Below, in pieces: positions 45,350 to 56,357 of a DNA stretch of 64,000 nucleotides. Source of the DNA: an uncultured delta proteobacterium (lineage in GTDB: Bacteria; Myxococcota; UBA727; VGSZ01); assembly GCA_963775425.1 (NCBI GenBank), contig CAVZJB010000018.1, forward strand, positions 211,582 to 275,581, written 5' to 3'. How positions within the stretch are numbered: position 1 is the first letter of the stretch; each line of letters begins with the position of its first letter. Under the pieces are notes generated by a model, which saw nothing but the letters and a program-made list of their open reading frames with translations, was not told the origin of the DNA and did not search any database. Both the position numbers and the translations under genes were made by a program.

Positions 45350-48300
45350 ATGCGCAGCGACGGCGAATTCGCGGGGACCGAACGCTTCAGCGTGCGTCGC
45401 CGGCTGGGCAAGGGAGGAAACGGCGTCGTCTATGAGGCGCTCGACCGCGAGCGCAACGCCGTCGTCGCGTTGAAGACGCTGCAGAGCGCGGAGCCCGGAG
45501 CGCTCTACGCGTTCAAGAAGGAGTTTCGCTCTCTCGCGGACCTCTCGCACCGAAACCTCGTCGCGCTGCACGAGCTCCACGCCGAGGGCGACGTGTGGTT
45601 CTTCACCATGGAGCTGGTGCACGGCCGTCACTTCGCGGAGGCGCTGCAGGGAAAGCCCGTCGACGAGCACGGCTGGCTGCCGCGCCGGACCGCCAAGCCC
45701 GAGCTGCTCGGGAACGACGCCACGCTCCTGCGCGACCGCGTCGGACAGCTCGCGCTCGGCTTGCAGGTGCTTCACCGCGCCGGCAAGATCCACCGCGACA
45801 TCAAGCACCAAAACGTGCTCATCGACGACGACGGCCGCGTGGTCATCCTCGACTTCGGCCTGGTCACCGACGTCGACGCCAGGAACATCGCCGCCACCAT
45901 CGACCGCTCCGGCACCCCGCCGTACATGTCGCCCGAGCAGCTCGTCGGCGAGCCCGTCACGCAGGCGTCCGACTGGTACTCGGTGGGCATCATGATCTAC
46001 GAGGTGCTCACGGGGCGCCGGCTCTTTCGCGGCGACTACCAAAACGCCTTCCGCGAAAAGACCACCGCGAGCCTGCCGCCCGTGCGCACGGTGGCGCCGC
46101 GCGCGCCGCCCAATCTCGCCGAGCTGTGCGACGCGCTCGTCGACCGCATCCCGCAAAACCGGCCGGCCGGCGACGACGTGCTCCGCGCGCTCGCCGGCGG
46201 CGACGCGGCGGCGGCGCCGCCGCCCGGGCGCGCGGCGTCGTCGACGGAGAGCGAGCTCGTCGGCCGCGAGGGCGAGCTCGCGGGGCTTCATCGCTCGTTC
46301 AGCCGCACCTACCAGGGCGCGAGCGTCGTCACCTTCGTGCACGGCGCGTCGGGGGTCGGCAAGAGCGCGCTGGTGCGCCGCTTCCTCGAGGAGGTGAGGG
46401 CGTCGGACCGCAGCGCGGTGGTGCTGCGTGGGCGCTGCTACGAGCGCGAGAGCGTGCCGTACAAGACCCTCGACGGCGTCGTCGACGCGCTGAGCCGCTT
46501 CCTCAACAACCTGCCGCTCGACGAGCAAAAGGAGCTGATGCCCACCGAGGTGTCGGCGCTCATGCGCTTGTTCCCCGTGCTCGGCCGGGTGGAGGCGGTG
46601 GCGACCGCCAGGCGGCGCGTGGGCGCGGAGCCCGACGCCGTGGAGGCGCGCCGCCGCGGCTTTCAGGCGCTGCGCGAGCTGTTCGTACGCCTCGCCGCGC
46701 AGCGACCGCTCGTGGTGGTCATCGACGACCTGCAGTGGGGCGACTTCGACAGCGCCGGCCTGCTCGACGAGATCTTGCGGCCGCCGGGCGCGCCGGCCTT
46801 CTTGCTCGTCGGCGTGTTTCGCTCGGAGGAGCGCGACACGAGCCCGTTTCTGCGGCGGCTGTTGTCGGCGGACAAGACGTGGCTCGCCGACGTCGAGCAA
46901 GAGGAGCTCGCGCTGGCGCCCCTCGCCGGCGCCGACGCCGCGCGACTGGCGCGCCTGCTGCTCGCGGAGCACGGTCCCGTCGACGAGGCGCGCGCGGCGG
47001 AGATCGCCGCGGAGGCGGGCGGCCTGCCGTTCTTCATCGCCGAGCTCGTGCGCTTCGCGGCGTCGGGCGCCGTGATCGCCCCGCGGTCCGACGGCGCTCC
47101 CGTCGACGCCGGCGCAAGGCTGGATCTGCGCGCGGCCATCCTCGCGCGGATCGAGCAGCTCCCGGACGAGGCGCGCCGGCTGGTGGAGGTGGTGGCGCTC
47201 GCGAGCAAGCCCGTGGATCGCCGGGTGGCGGTCGCCGCCGCCCGCGTCACCGGCGACGACGAAAAGGCGCTGCACGCGCTGCGGGCGGGTCACCTCTTGC
47301 GCGCGCGCACCGAGGGCGAGCGCACGCTCCTCGAGAGCTACCACGATCGCATCCGCGAGGCCGTCGTCGAGGGGCTCGCGCCCGACGCGCGCCGCGACAC
47401 GCACGCGCGGCTGGCGGCGGCGCTCGAGGCGGCCGGCGCCGGCGACGACCCCGAGGCGCTCGCGCACCACCTCTTCGGCGCCGGCGAGCGGGACCGCGGC
47501 GCGGCGCAGGCGCTGCTCGCGGCGGACGACGCGGCGGCCAAGCTCGCCTTCGACCGCGCCGGGCGCCTGTACGGGCTGGCGCTCGACGCCACCGCCGCCG
47601 ACGACCCCGCCCGCCGCGGCATCCTCGAGCGCACGGGTCGCGCGCTCGCGAACGCGGGCCAGTGCGCGGAGGCGGGCAAGGCGTTCGTCGAGGCCGCGGC
47701 GCTCGCGCCGCCGCTCGAGGCGCGCGAGCTGCGGCGCGAGGCGGCGGAGCTGTTCTTGTTGAGCGGCCGGATGGACGAGGGGCTTGAGATCATCCGCGGG
47801 CTCCTCGCCGGCGTCGGCATGAGCATGCCGCGCACGCAAACGGGCACGCGCCTGTCCTTCGTGTGGAACCGCGCGCGCCTGTGGCTGCACGGGCTCAAGT
47901 GGCGCGAGCGCGACGAGAAGGACGTCGACAAGGACGATCTGTTCCGCATCGACGTCTGCCGCTCCATCGCCACGGGCCTCCTGTCCGGCGGCGACGCGCT
48001 CGCGGTCCTCGACTTCTCCGCGCGCAGCACGCTGTTGTCGTTGAAGGCCGGGGAGCCCCGCCGCGTGGGCCTCGCGTTGGCGACGGAGGCGGGCGCCGTG
48101 GTCTCGCTGAGCGGCGCGCCGGCGGCGCAAAAGGCCGACGCCATCGTCGCCGTCGCCCGCGGGCTCGCCGAGCGCTTCCCCAATCCCTCGCTCGACGCCA
48201 ACGTGAGCGTGAGCCGCGGGACGCTCGGCTTCTGGGCGTACCGTTTTCGCGCGAGCCTCGACGACCTCGACGCGGGCGAGCGCATGCTCCGGGAAAACTG

Positions 48301-49114
48301 CGCGGGCGTGTGGGCCACCATCTCGTACGTGGGCTTCCTGCGGCTCGGCGCATACCTCGCGCTGGACGAGTGGAAGAAGCTCGCGCGGCGCGCCGCCGAC
48401 GACGTCGTCGAGGGCGTGGAAAACGGCGACGCGTTCCTGGTGGAGAGCCGGCGCACGTACCTGTCGCTGGCGTCGTTGATGAAGGACGACGTCGACGGCG
48501 CGCGGGCGGCGTTTCACGGCGTGCGCGAGCGTTGGTCGCGCCAGGGCTATCAGGTGATGCACTGGCTCTCGCTCTACTTCGCCGTGCTCGCCGAGCTGTA
48601 CGCGGGCGATGCGGCCGCGGCGCACGCGAGGCTCCACGGCGAGTGGGACAGCGTGCGCCGCTCGCTGCTGCTGCGCGTGCCGATCATCCGGACGTACGCG
48701 CTGCAGTTGCGCGCGAACGTGTCGCTGGCGACGGCGGCCGCCGACAGCGCTGCCCCGTCGTCGTCGACGCGAGCACATCTGCGCGCCGCGCAGCGCGACG
48801 CGCACCTGCTGGAGCGCGCGGGCACGCCGTGGTCGGCGGCGCGCGCGGTGTTGGTGCGGGCGCAGGTGGCCTCGCTCCAGGGGGACGCGGCGTCGGCGCG
48901 CGCGCTCCTCGAGCAGGCGGTGGCGAGCGCGCACGACGCCGACCTCGCCGTGCACGAGGCCGTCGCCCTCCGCCACGCCGGCGCGCTCGCCGGTGGCGCA
49001 GAAGGGAAGGTCGACGTCGACTCCGCCGACGCGTTCCTCAAGGCGCAGGGCGTCGCGCGCCCCGCGCGCATCGCGGCGATGCTCGCGCCCGGCTTCCCGT
49101 CGACGACGGAGTGA
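45350..49114 (+). CDS. Ser/Thr kinase fused to AAA/STAND-type ATPase and helical repeats
   Basis: HRDIK, DFG, Walker A GASGVGKS, IDDLQWGD, GGLPFF. ATG 45350. Confidence 0.92.
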   Translation: MRSDGEFAGTERFSVRRRLGKGGNGVVYEALDRERNAVVALKTLQSAEPGALYAFKKEFRSLADLSHRNLVALHELHAEGDVWFFTMELVHGRHFAEALQGKPVDEHGWLPRRTAKPELLGNDATLLRDRVGQLALGLQVLHRAGKIHRDIKHQNVLIDDDGRVVILDFGLVTDVDARNIAATIDRSGTPPYMSPEQLVGEPVTQASDWYSVGIMIYEVLTGRRLFRGDYQNAFREKTTASLPPVRTVAPRAPPNLAELCDALVDRIPQNRPAGDDVLRALAGGDAAAAPPPGRAASSTESELVGREGELAGLHRSFSRTYQGASVVTFVHGASGVGKSALVRRFLEEVRASDRSAVVLRGRCYERESVPYKTLDGVVDALSRFLNNLPLDEQKELMPTEVSALMRLFPVLGRVEAVATARRRVGAEPDAVEARRRGFQALRELFVRLAAQRPLVVVIDDLQWGDFDSAGLLDEILRPPGAPAFLLVGVFRSEERDTSPFLRRLLSADKTWLADVEQEELALAPLAGADAARLARLLLAEHGPVDEARAAEIAAEAGGLPFFIAELVRFAASGAVIAPRSDGAPVDAGARLDLRAAILARIEQLPDEARRLVEVVALASKPVDRRVAVAAARVTGDDEKALHALRAGHLLRARTEGERTLLESYHDRIREAVVEGLAPDARRDTHARLAAALEAAGAGDDPEALAHHLFGAGERDRGAAQALLAADDAAAKLAFDRAGRLYGLALDATAADDPARRGILERTGRALANAGQCAEAGKAFVEAAALAPPLEARELRREAAELFLLSGRMDEGLEIIRGLLAGVGMSMPRTQTGTRLSFVWNRARLWLHGLKWRERDEKDVDKDDLFRIDVCRSIATGLLSGGDALAVLDFSARSTLLSLKAGEPRRVGLALATEAGAVVSLSGAPAAQKADAIVAVARGLAERFPNPSLDANVSVSRGTLGFWAYRFRASLDDLDAGERMLRENCAGVWATISYVGFLRLGAYLALDEWKKLARRAADDVVEGVENGDAFLVESRRTYLSLASLMKDDVDGARAAFHGVRERWSRQGYQVMHWLSLYFAVLAELYAGDAAAAHARLHGEWDSVRRSLLLRVPIIRTYALQLRANVSLATAAADSAAPSSSTRAHLRAAQRDAHLLERAGTPWSAARAVLVRAQVASLQGDAASARALLEQAVASAHDADLAVHEAVALRHAGALAGGAEGKVDVDSADAFLKAQGVARPARIAAMLAPGFPSTTE

Positions 49115-49194
49115 CGCCTCGCAGCACGCGCTCCGTTCGTGCGTGAGCGGCTGATCCCGGCGGCGGCGGTGAGTGCGGTCGCTATCCCAATTGC

Positions 49195-49482
49195 ATGAGG
49201 TTGCTCGCCGTCGTCGTCGTCGTTGTCGCCGCGTCACTCGCATGTGCGTCGTGCGGACCGCCGCCGGACCCCACGCCCGCGCTCCGCCGCGCGCGCGCGA
49301 GCGCCCGCCAGCGCGCCGCCCGCGCCGCCCGCCACGACATGCGCCACCTCTACAGCCGCGACAACGCCCGCGCCGACGACAAGAGCACCGTCGGTGACGA
49401 CGACAACGCGGCCGGTGACGACGACACGGTCGGCGAGGGCGAGGGCGAGGGCGAGGGCGAGGGCGAGGGCGAGGCCGAGTAG
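49195..49482 (+). CDS. Small lipoprotein with GE tail
   Basis: Hydrophobic signal with Cys, acidic GDDD motifs, C-terminal (GE)n. Confidence 0.55.
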   Translation: MRLLAVVVVVVAASLACASCGPPPDPTPALRRARASARQRAARAARHDMRHLYSRDNARADDKSTVGDDDNAAGDDDTVGEGEGEGEGEGEGEAE

Positions 49483-49693
49483 CTCCGCTCGCGATCCACG
49501 GCCTCGATCGGGGCAGCGCCGCCGGTGCCGTGCCCGGGCTCATGACCGGAGATTCCGGACGCCCGGTGCGGTGCGTCGAAAACCATCGGTCGGTGATCCG
49601 GCCTCGGTCGATCTTCCGCGTCCTTTTCTCCGGCGGTCCGAAAACGAGGTGCGACAACCTCTCACCTGGGCCTACTGCCCGACCGGACCCGCC

Positions 49694-52432
49694 ATGCGCT
49701 TCGCCGCCCTCCTCCTCGCCCTGCCGCTCGCCGCCTGCGTCTCCCAGGTGAAGCCCCCGCCAGCCCAAAGCGACCCGCAGCTCCCCATCGGCGAAGGGGA
49801 AGGAGAGGGAGACGCCCCGCCGCCCAAGGACGATCCCCCCGACGACCCGCCCCCCGCCCCCGCCGTCTGCGGCGACGGCGTCGTCCAGGGCGGCGAGGTC
49901 TGCGACGGCCACGACCTCGGCGACGCGAGCTGCGACCGCCTCGGCTTCTCCGGCGGCACCGTCTCCTGTGACTCGCACTGCCAGCTCGACCTGAGCGCCT
50001 GCACCTCTGCCCCCGTGGATCCGCCGCCCCCCGTCGGCGCCGCCACCCCCATCGCCGCCCCCGGCGGCACCGTCACCCTCCAGGGCTCGCTCGACCTCAC
50101 CGATCCCTCGTGGACGCGGCCCGGCGCGGACTGCACCGCGTCGTCGTCGACCAGCCGCCACTACGACGTCTTCCAGGTCGTCAACAACACCGGCTCCGCG
50201 CAGACCATCACCGTGAGCGCCACGTTCACCGGCGACGGCTACCTGCACGCCTACGGCTCCGTCTTCGACCCCGCGTCTCCCGAGAGCGGCTGCCTCGCCG
50301 GCAACGACGACGGCGACGGCACCCAGGACAGCCGCCTCGAGGCGGTCGCCATCCAGGCCGGCGCCGTGGTCACGCTCGTGGTCTCGACCTTCGCGGCGGA
50401 CACCGCCCTCGGGCCGTACACCCTCGACGTCGTCACCGACGACGGCAGCGTCACCCCGCCACCGCCGGACGACAACGTCTGCGGCGACGACGTCGCCGCC
50501 GGAGCCGAGGTCTGCGACGGCGGCGACGTCGGCGGCGACACCTGCGGCGCGCACGGCTTCAACCGTGGCAGCCTCGGCTGCGACGCGAGCTGCGCCGCGG
50601 TCGACGCGACCGGCTGCTTCAACGTCGCCGGCCCGAACGACATCGCGCCGCGCGGCTCGTCCATCGTGCTGAGCGGCAACATCGCCGACACCGACGGGAC
50701 GTGGAGCCGGCCCTCCGAGGACTGCGGCGCCGGCGCCGCCGACGCCACGCGCTACTTCGACGCGTTCGAGATCGTGAACCGCACCGGGCAGACGCAGGCG
50801 CTCGACGTCACGGCGACGTTCTCCGGCGACGGCTACCTCCATGCGTTCACGAGCTTCGACCCGCGCGACCCCACCACGGGCTGCGTCGCCGGCGACGACG
50901 ACTTCAACGGCAGCAGTGCGTCGCAGCTCACCGACGTCGCCATCGGCGCGGGGCAGACGCTCACCATCGTGGTGTCCACGTTCGCGGCGGACGCCGCCAT
51001 CGGCACCTACTCGCTGCAGGTCCTCACCAAGCAGCCGACCGCGCCCGCCGTCTGCGGCAACGGCGTACGCGAAGGAAACGAGGTGTGCGACGGCGCCTCC
51101 GTCGGCTCCTCGACCTGCCAGAGCCGCGGTCACCAGGGCGGCACGCTCTCGTGCAACTCGAGCTGCAGCGCCGTGAGCGAGAGCTCGTGCTGGGACCTCG
51201 CGCCGGCGGTGCCCATCGCGGGCCAGAACGGCTCCATCGCGCTCGGCGGCTCGCTGACGTCGACGGACCCGCGCATCGACCGCGTGAGCGCCACCTGCTC
51301 GGGCAGCGGCGCGGCGGACCACCCGTGGGACGGCTACCGCATCGTCAACAACACCGGCGCGGCGCAGTCGCTCACGGTGACGGCGTCGTGGTCGGGCGGT
51401 GATGGCTTCCTGCTCGCGTACCACTCGAGCTTCGACGCCGAGTCGCCGCTCACGGGCTGCATCACCGGCAACGACGACTTCGGCGGCGCCTCCGGGTCGC
51501 AGATCACCGACCTCGCCATCGCGCCCGGCGAGACCCTGGTGCTCGTCGCGAGCACGTTCGCCGGCAACGCCACCGTCACCAGCTACGACATCGAGGTGGC
51601 CACCAACGGCCCGCCGCCGACGGCCATCGGCAACGCCGGCATCACGGTGCAGCTCGCGGGCTCCCTCGACGCCAGCGACCCGACCTTCGAGCGGCTCTCG
51701 GAGTCGTGCTCGTCGACGGGGGCCACCGGCCGCAGGTTCGACGCGTACCGTGTGAAGAACACGACGAGCACCTCGCAGCGCCTTACGCTTCAGGGCAACT
51801 GGTCCGGCGACGGCTTCCTCTTCGTGTTCGGCTCTTCCTTCAACCCCGCGAGCCCCGCCGCGTCGTGCCGCCTGGCCAACGACGACTTCAACGGGCAGGA
51901 CGCGAGCCGCATCACCGGCGTCAACATCGCCGCCGGGGAGACCGTTGTGGTGGTGGCCTCGACGTTCGCGGCGGGCGCCACGCTCGGCGCGTACACCATC
52001 GACGTGCTGACCGAAGGGACCGCGACGCTCGCGCCGCCCGGCGGCAGCATCACCACCGCCGGCGCCCTGCACACGAGCGACCCGCAGTGGAACCGCCCGT
52101 CGGAGAGCTGCACCGACGACGGCGGCACCGCCGAGAACCACTACGACACCTACCTCATCAAGAACGCGAGTAGCGTCGAGCGCGACCTGAACATCACCGC
52201 CAACTGGGGCAGCGGCGATGGCTTCCTCGTGGTGTACTTCGGCGCCTTCGATCCCGCCGACGGCGCAGGGCTCCAGTGCATCGAAGGCGACGACGACTTC
52301 AACGGCGTGTCGGCCTCACGCCTCGCGGACGTCATCATCTTCCCCGGTGAGACGCTCACGGTGGTGGCGACGACGTACGCCGCCGCAGCGACCATCCCTG
52401 CCTACACCGTGCGCGTCGACACTCTGCAGTAG
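49694..52432 (+). CDS. Large surface lipoprotein: 3 myxobacterial Cys-rich repeats and 5 PPC-like beta domains
   Basis: Lipobox LAAC; VCG(D/N)..EVCDG x3; DG(Y/F)L..F(D/N)...C...(N/D)DD repeat x5. ATG 49694. Confidence 0.85.
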   Translation: MRFAALLLALPLAACVSQVKPPPAQSDPQLPIGEGEGEGDAPPPKDDPPDDPPPAPAVCGDGVVQGGEVCDGHDLGDASCDRLGFSGGTVSCDSHCQLDLSACTSAPVDPPPPVGAATPIAAPGGTVTLQGSLDLTDPSWTRPGADCTASSSTSRHYDVFQVVNNTGSAQTITVSATFTGDGYLHAYGSVFDPASPESGCLAGNDDGDGTQDSRLEAVAIQAGAVVTLVVSTFAADTALGPYTLDVVTDDGSVTPPPPDDNVCGDDVAAGAEVCDGGDVGGDTCGAHGFNRGSLGCDASCAAVDATGCFNVAGPNDIAPRGSSIVLSGNIADTDGTWSRPSEDCGAGAADATRYFDAFEIVNRTGQTQALDVTATFSGDGYLHAFTSFDPRDPTTGCVAGDDDFNGSSASQLTDVAIGAGQTLTIVVSTFAADAAIGTYSLQVLTKQPTAPAVCGNGVREGNEVCDGASVGSSTCQSRGHQGGTLSCNSSCSAVSESSCWDLAPAVPIAGQNGSIALGGSLTSTDPRIDRVSATCSGSGAADHPWDGYRIVNNTGAAQSLTVTASWSGGDGFLLAYHSSFDAESPLTGCITGNDDFGGASGSQITDLAIAPGETLVLVASTFAGNATVTSYDIEVATNGPPPTAIGNAGITVQLAGSLDASDPTFERLSESCSSTGATGRRFDAYRVKNTTSTSQRLTLQGNWSGDGFLFVFGSSFNPASPAASCRLANDDFNGQDASRITGVNIAAGETVVVVASTFAAGATLGAYTIDVLTEGTATLAPPGGSITTAGALHTSDPQWNRPSESCTDDGGTAENHYDTYLIKNASSVERDLNITANWGSGDGFLVVYFGAFDPADGAGLQCIEGDDDFNGVSASRLADVIIFPGETLTVVATTYAAAATIPAYTVRVDTLQ

Positions 52433-52507
52433 GCCGGCGCGGGTGCCGCCTGCGCAGGACTGCCGAGCATCTGGTCGCAGCGCGCCGGCGCGCGCTACCA
52501 TCGACCG

Positions 52508-53533
<1,026 letters not shown>

Positions 53534-53591
53534 GGCGAAGGCCCGGCTCGATCGGGGATGGGCGACGGAAAATCGACGGACGCCTCGGAGC

Positions 53592-53990
53592 GTAGGGCGG
53601 GGGCTTGTCCCCCGCATCCCCACGCGCGCACCCGCCGACGGAAAAGGCCGTTCGATAAAGCCGCTTGCGGCTGGCGGAAAAACCGCTGGACGATTTGCGA
53701 ACCGCGCTGCGTAGGGCGGGGGCTTGTCCCCCGCATCCCCCCGCGCACCCGCCGACGGAAAAGGCGTGGGACGAGCCCCCGCCCTACGGGTCCTCGATCG
53801 TGGCCGACGTTTACTCGCCGTCCGATAAAGCCGCTTGCCGCTGGCGGAAAAACCGCTGGCCGATTTGCGAACCGCGCTGCGTAGGGCGGGGGCTTGTCCC
53901 CCGCATCCCCCCGCGCACCCGCCGACGGAAAAGGCGGGAAACGAGCCCCCGCCCTACGGGTCCTCGATCGTGGCCGACGTCGCGAAGAGC
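53592..53990. repeat. GTAG-type REP/REPIN array A (170-bp period)
   Basis: GTAGGGCGGGGGCTTGTCCCC at 53592, 53711 and 53881; inverted partners GAGCCCCCGCCCTAC end at 53787 and 53957. Confidence 0.88.
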
Positions 53991-54210
53991 GCACCCGGTG
54001 TGACGACTTTTCAAACGGCCCCGCGGAGGATCGGCGACGGGTGATGGGCGACGCGAGAAGATCGAGGAGACGAGGAACGAGGAACGAAGAACACGAGGTG
54101 CGCTGACGCGACATCGACTCGGACGCTCGGCCGGCGGCCAGCGGATCGCGGCCGGCGGAGATCGGACCTCGACGCGCGGCGAGGCCGAGCCCCGCCGCGC
54201 GCGCCGAGCC

Positions 54211-54543
54211 TCAGCGAAACTTGTAGAGCATGGCGCAGAAGTGGTCGCAGCGGTCCTGGCCGACGTCGCGCTCCGCGGCGGTGACGGCCTCGCTCAGGAA
54301 CCCGATGTCGAGGATGGCGCTCACCTCGCGCGCGCTCCCGGCGGCGATGTCGAAGTACCGCGCGCGCTCCTTCGCCGACTGCTTGCGACAGCCCTCGGAG
54401 AAATTGAGCGTGATGGATGACGACGCGCGGCGCAGTTGGTCCTTGAGGTCCGCGAAGCCCGGCGGGAACTGCTTCGCGAGCTGGAAGCACTGGCCGTAGA
54501 TCTCCAGCGACTTCCCGTAGAGGCGAGTGTCTCGGTAGTCCAT
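54211..54543 (-). CDS. Four-helix-bundle protein (23S rRNA IVP / Avd-like), copy 1
   Basis: LKDQLRRASSSITLNFSEG...YFDIAAGSARE family motif; GAAGGAGG RBS; ATG 54543. Confidence 0.88.
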   Translation of the reverse strand: MDYRDTRLYGKSLEIYGQCFQLAKQFPPGFADLKDQLRRASSSITLNFSEGCRKQSAKERARYFDIAAGSAREVSAILDIGFLSEAVTAAERDVGQDRCDHFCAMLYKFR

Positions 54544-54826
54544 GTTCAATCCTCCTTCGAAGGCCGAGCACGGCGGCCTTCAAAGCCTGCGTGGCCGCCG
54601 CGCGCAGGCCGAGAAGGAGGACGAACATGGCCTCGGGGTCACTCGCCGTTTCAGGAAGTGCTGTCGGTCGTAGGCCGGTTCTCGACGAGAGAGTGCTCGC
54701 GCTTCATGGCCTGGCCCGTGTGGTCTTCGCGAACCCCGACGTGGGGCCCTCAAGCGCTTCGCGCTTTTGACGAGGGCCCCACGTCGGGGATCCGCAAGGA
54801 GACCAGGCCATGAAGCACGAGCACTC
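54505..54826. promoter_or_regulatory. Two long inverted repeats covering the translation start regions of both four-helix genes
   Basis: 54505-54565 pairs with 54607-54663 (imperfect); 54691-54714 pairs with 54803-54826 (23/24) and 54734-54751 with 54772-54789 (18/18). Confidence 0.75.
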
Positions 54827-55142
54827 CCGCATCTACCTCACCTCTCGCGCGCTCAACCGCGAGGCCGCCGCGCTCGCCAACCGGCTGCCGCGTGGCTTCA
54901 GCAACCTGAAGGACCAGCTTCGCCGCGCGTCGGCCTCGGTGACGTTGAACTTCTGCGAGGGGAGCCGGCACGAGTCGCTCGCGGAGCGTGGGCGCTACTT
55001 CCGGATCGCGTCCGGGAGCGCCGCCGAGGTGAGCGCCATCGCGGATGTCGCGGAGGACTTCGGCGTCATCGCTCCCGAGCAGCACGCGGCCATCAAGGAC
55101 TACTGCAATCACCTGTGCGCGATGCTGCGGCTGTACCGGTGA
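54810..55142 (+). CDS. Four-helix-bundle protein (23S rRNA IVP / Avd-like), copy 2
   Basis: LKDQLRRASASVTLNFCEG...YFRIASGSAAE; AAGGAG RBS. Confidence 0.88.
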   Translation: MKHEHSRIYLTSRALNREAAALANRLPRGFSNLKDQLRRASASVTLNFCEGSRHESLAERGRYFRIASGSAAEVSAIADVAEDFGVIAPEQHAAIKDYCNHLCAMLRLYR

Positions 55143-55350
55143 TGGCCGCTCGGCGGCGGAGCTCTGCGGAGCTTCGCCGCTCTCTCGATCGGGAAGGGCG
55201 ACGCGAGAGATGCGGGAGGGGTCGAGGGCCCGCCAAAACAGCACACGAGGACACGAGGGACACGAGGGCGGCCCGGATCGGATCCGCGGCCGGCGGCAAG
55301 CGGCTCGCGGCCGGCGGAGATCGGAGCGAGATCGCCCCCAGGCTCAACGT

Positions 55351-55992
55351 GTTCGAGACGCGCGCCCTGTGTGACGATTTGCGAACCGCGGTGCGTAGGG
55401 CGGGGGCTTGTCCCCCGCATCCCCACGCGCACCCGCCGACGGAAAAGGCGGGGGACGAGCCCCCGCCCTACGGGTCGTCGACGTAGCCGACGTCGCGAAT
55501 GGGTTCGAGACGCGCGCCCTGTGTGACGATTTGCGAACCGCGGTGCGTAGGGCGGGGGCTTGTCCCCCGCATCCCCACGCGCACCCGCCGACGGAAGAGG
55601 CGGGGGACGAGCCCCCGCCCTACGGGTCGTCGACGTAGCCGACGTCGCGAATGGGTTCGAGACGCGCGCCCTGTGTGACGATTTGCGAACCGCGGTGCGT
55701 AGGGCGGGGGCTTGTCCCCCGCATCCCCACGCGCACCCGCCGACGGAAAAGGCGGGGGACGAGCCCCCGCCCTACGGGTCGTCGACGTAGCCGACGTCGC
55801 GAATGGGTTCGAGACGCGCGCCCGGTGTGACGATTTGCGAACCGCGGTGCGTAGGGCGGGGGCTTGTCCCCCGCATCTCCACGCGCGCCCCCGCCGACGG
55901 AAAAGGCGGGGGACGAGCCCCCGCCCTACGGGTCGTCGACGTTGCCGACGTCGCGAATAGGTTCGAGACGCGCGCCCGGATGGAGGATTTTT
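55351..55992. repeat. GTAG-type REP/REPIN array B (152-bp unit x4 plus partial)
   Basis: Units start at 55351, 55503, 55655, 55807 and 55961; each full unit holds an inverted REP pair; near-identical, with no spacers. Confidence 0.92.
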
Positions 55993-56004
55993 GGACTGGG
56001 TGCG

Positions 56005-56355
56005 CTACTCGGTGAGCTTCGGGTGCTTCGTCGACGCGTAGGTCATGACGACGCGCTTGCGCTTTGCATCCACGCAGTACCAGACGCGGCCTCCCGCGGT
56101 GACTTCGTATTGCCACTGCTCGAGGTCCTCGCCAGCGATGCGGGCGGTCGCCAGCTCACCGCGGAGTCGATGCTGCCGGCCGAGCCGCGCTGTGTCGCGA
56201 GGATCCTTCGAGATCGCATCGAACGCATCGCGCGTCGGCCCGGGTGCTTGGCGCACGAGCTCTTCCCACCCATTCGCCGCGTCGCTGTTGCCAAAGACGA
56301 GCTCCCACTCGTCGGCCTTCGGCGGCGGCGCTACGCGATCCCCGCGCTTGGCCAT
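56005..56355 (-). CDS. Putative RelE-like toxin
   Basis: 116 aa; RQHRLRGEL...QWQYEVTAGGRVWY; directly downstream of an antitoxin-like gene. Confidence 0.68.
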   Translation of the reverse strand: MAKRGDRVAPPPKADEWELVFGNSDAANGWEELVRQAPGPTRDAFDAISKDPRDTARLGRQHRLRGELATARIAGEDLEQWQYEVTAGGRVWYCVDAKRKRVVMTYASTKHPKLTE

Positions 56356-56357
56356 GT

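Noticed and set aside
45062-52141. 2359-aa minus-strand ORF and many other long Arg/Ala/Gly-rich ORFs
   Set aside because: Shadow frames of well-supported genes in very high-GC DNA; no motifs.
54211-55142. Diversity-generating retroelement or 23S rRNA intervening sequence
   Set aside because: Avd/IVP-like fold only; no reverse transcriptase, no TR/VR pair with adenine-specific mismatches, and no rRNA seen in the window.
53592-55992. CRISPR or guide-RNA array
   Set aside because: Units are 152-170 bp and near-identical, with no unique spacers and no cas-like gene.
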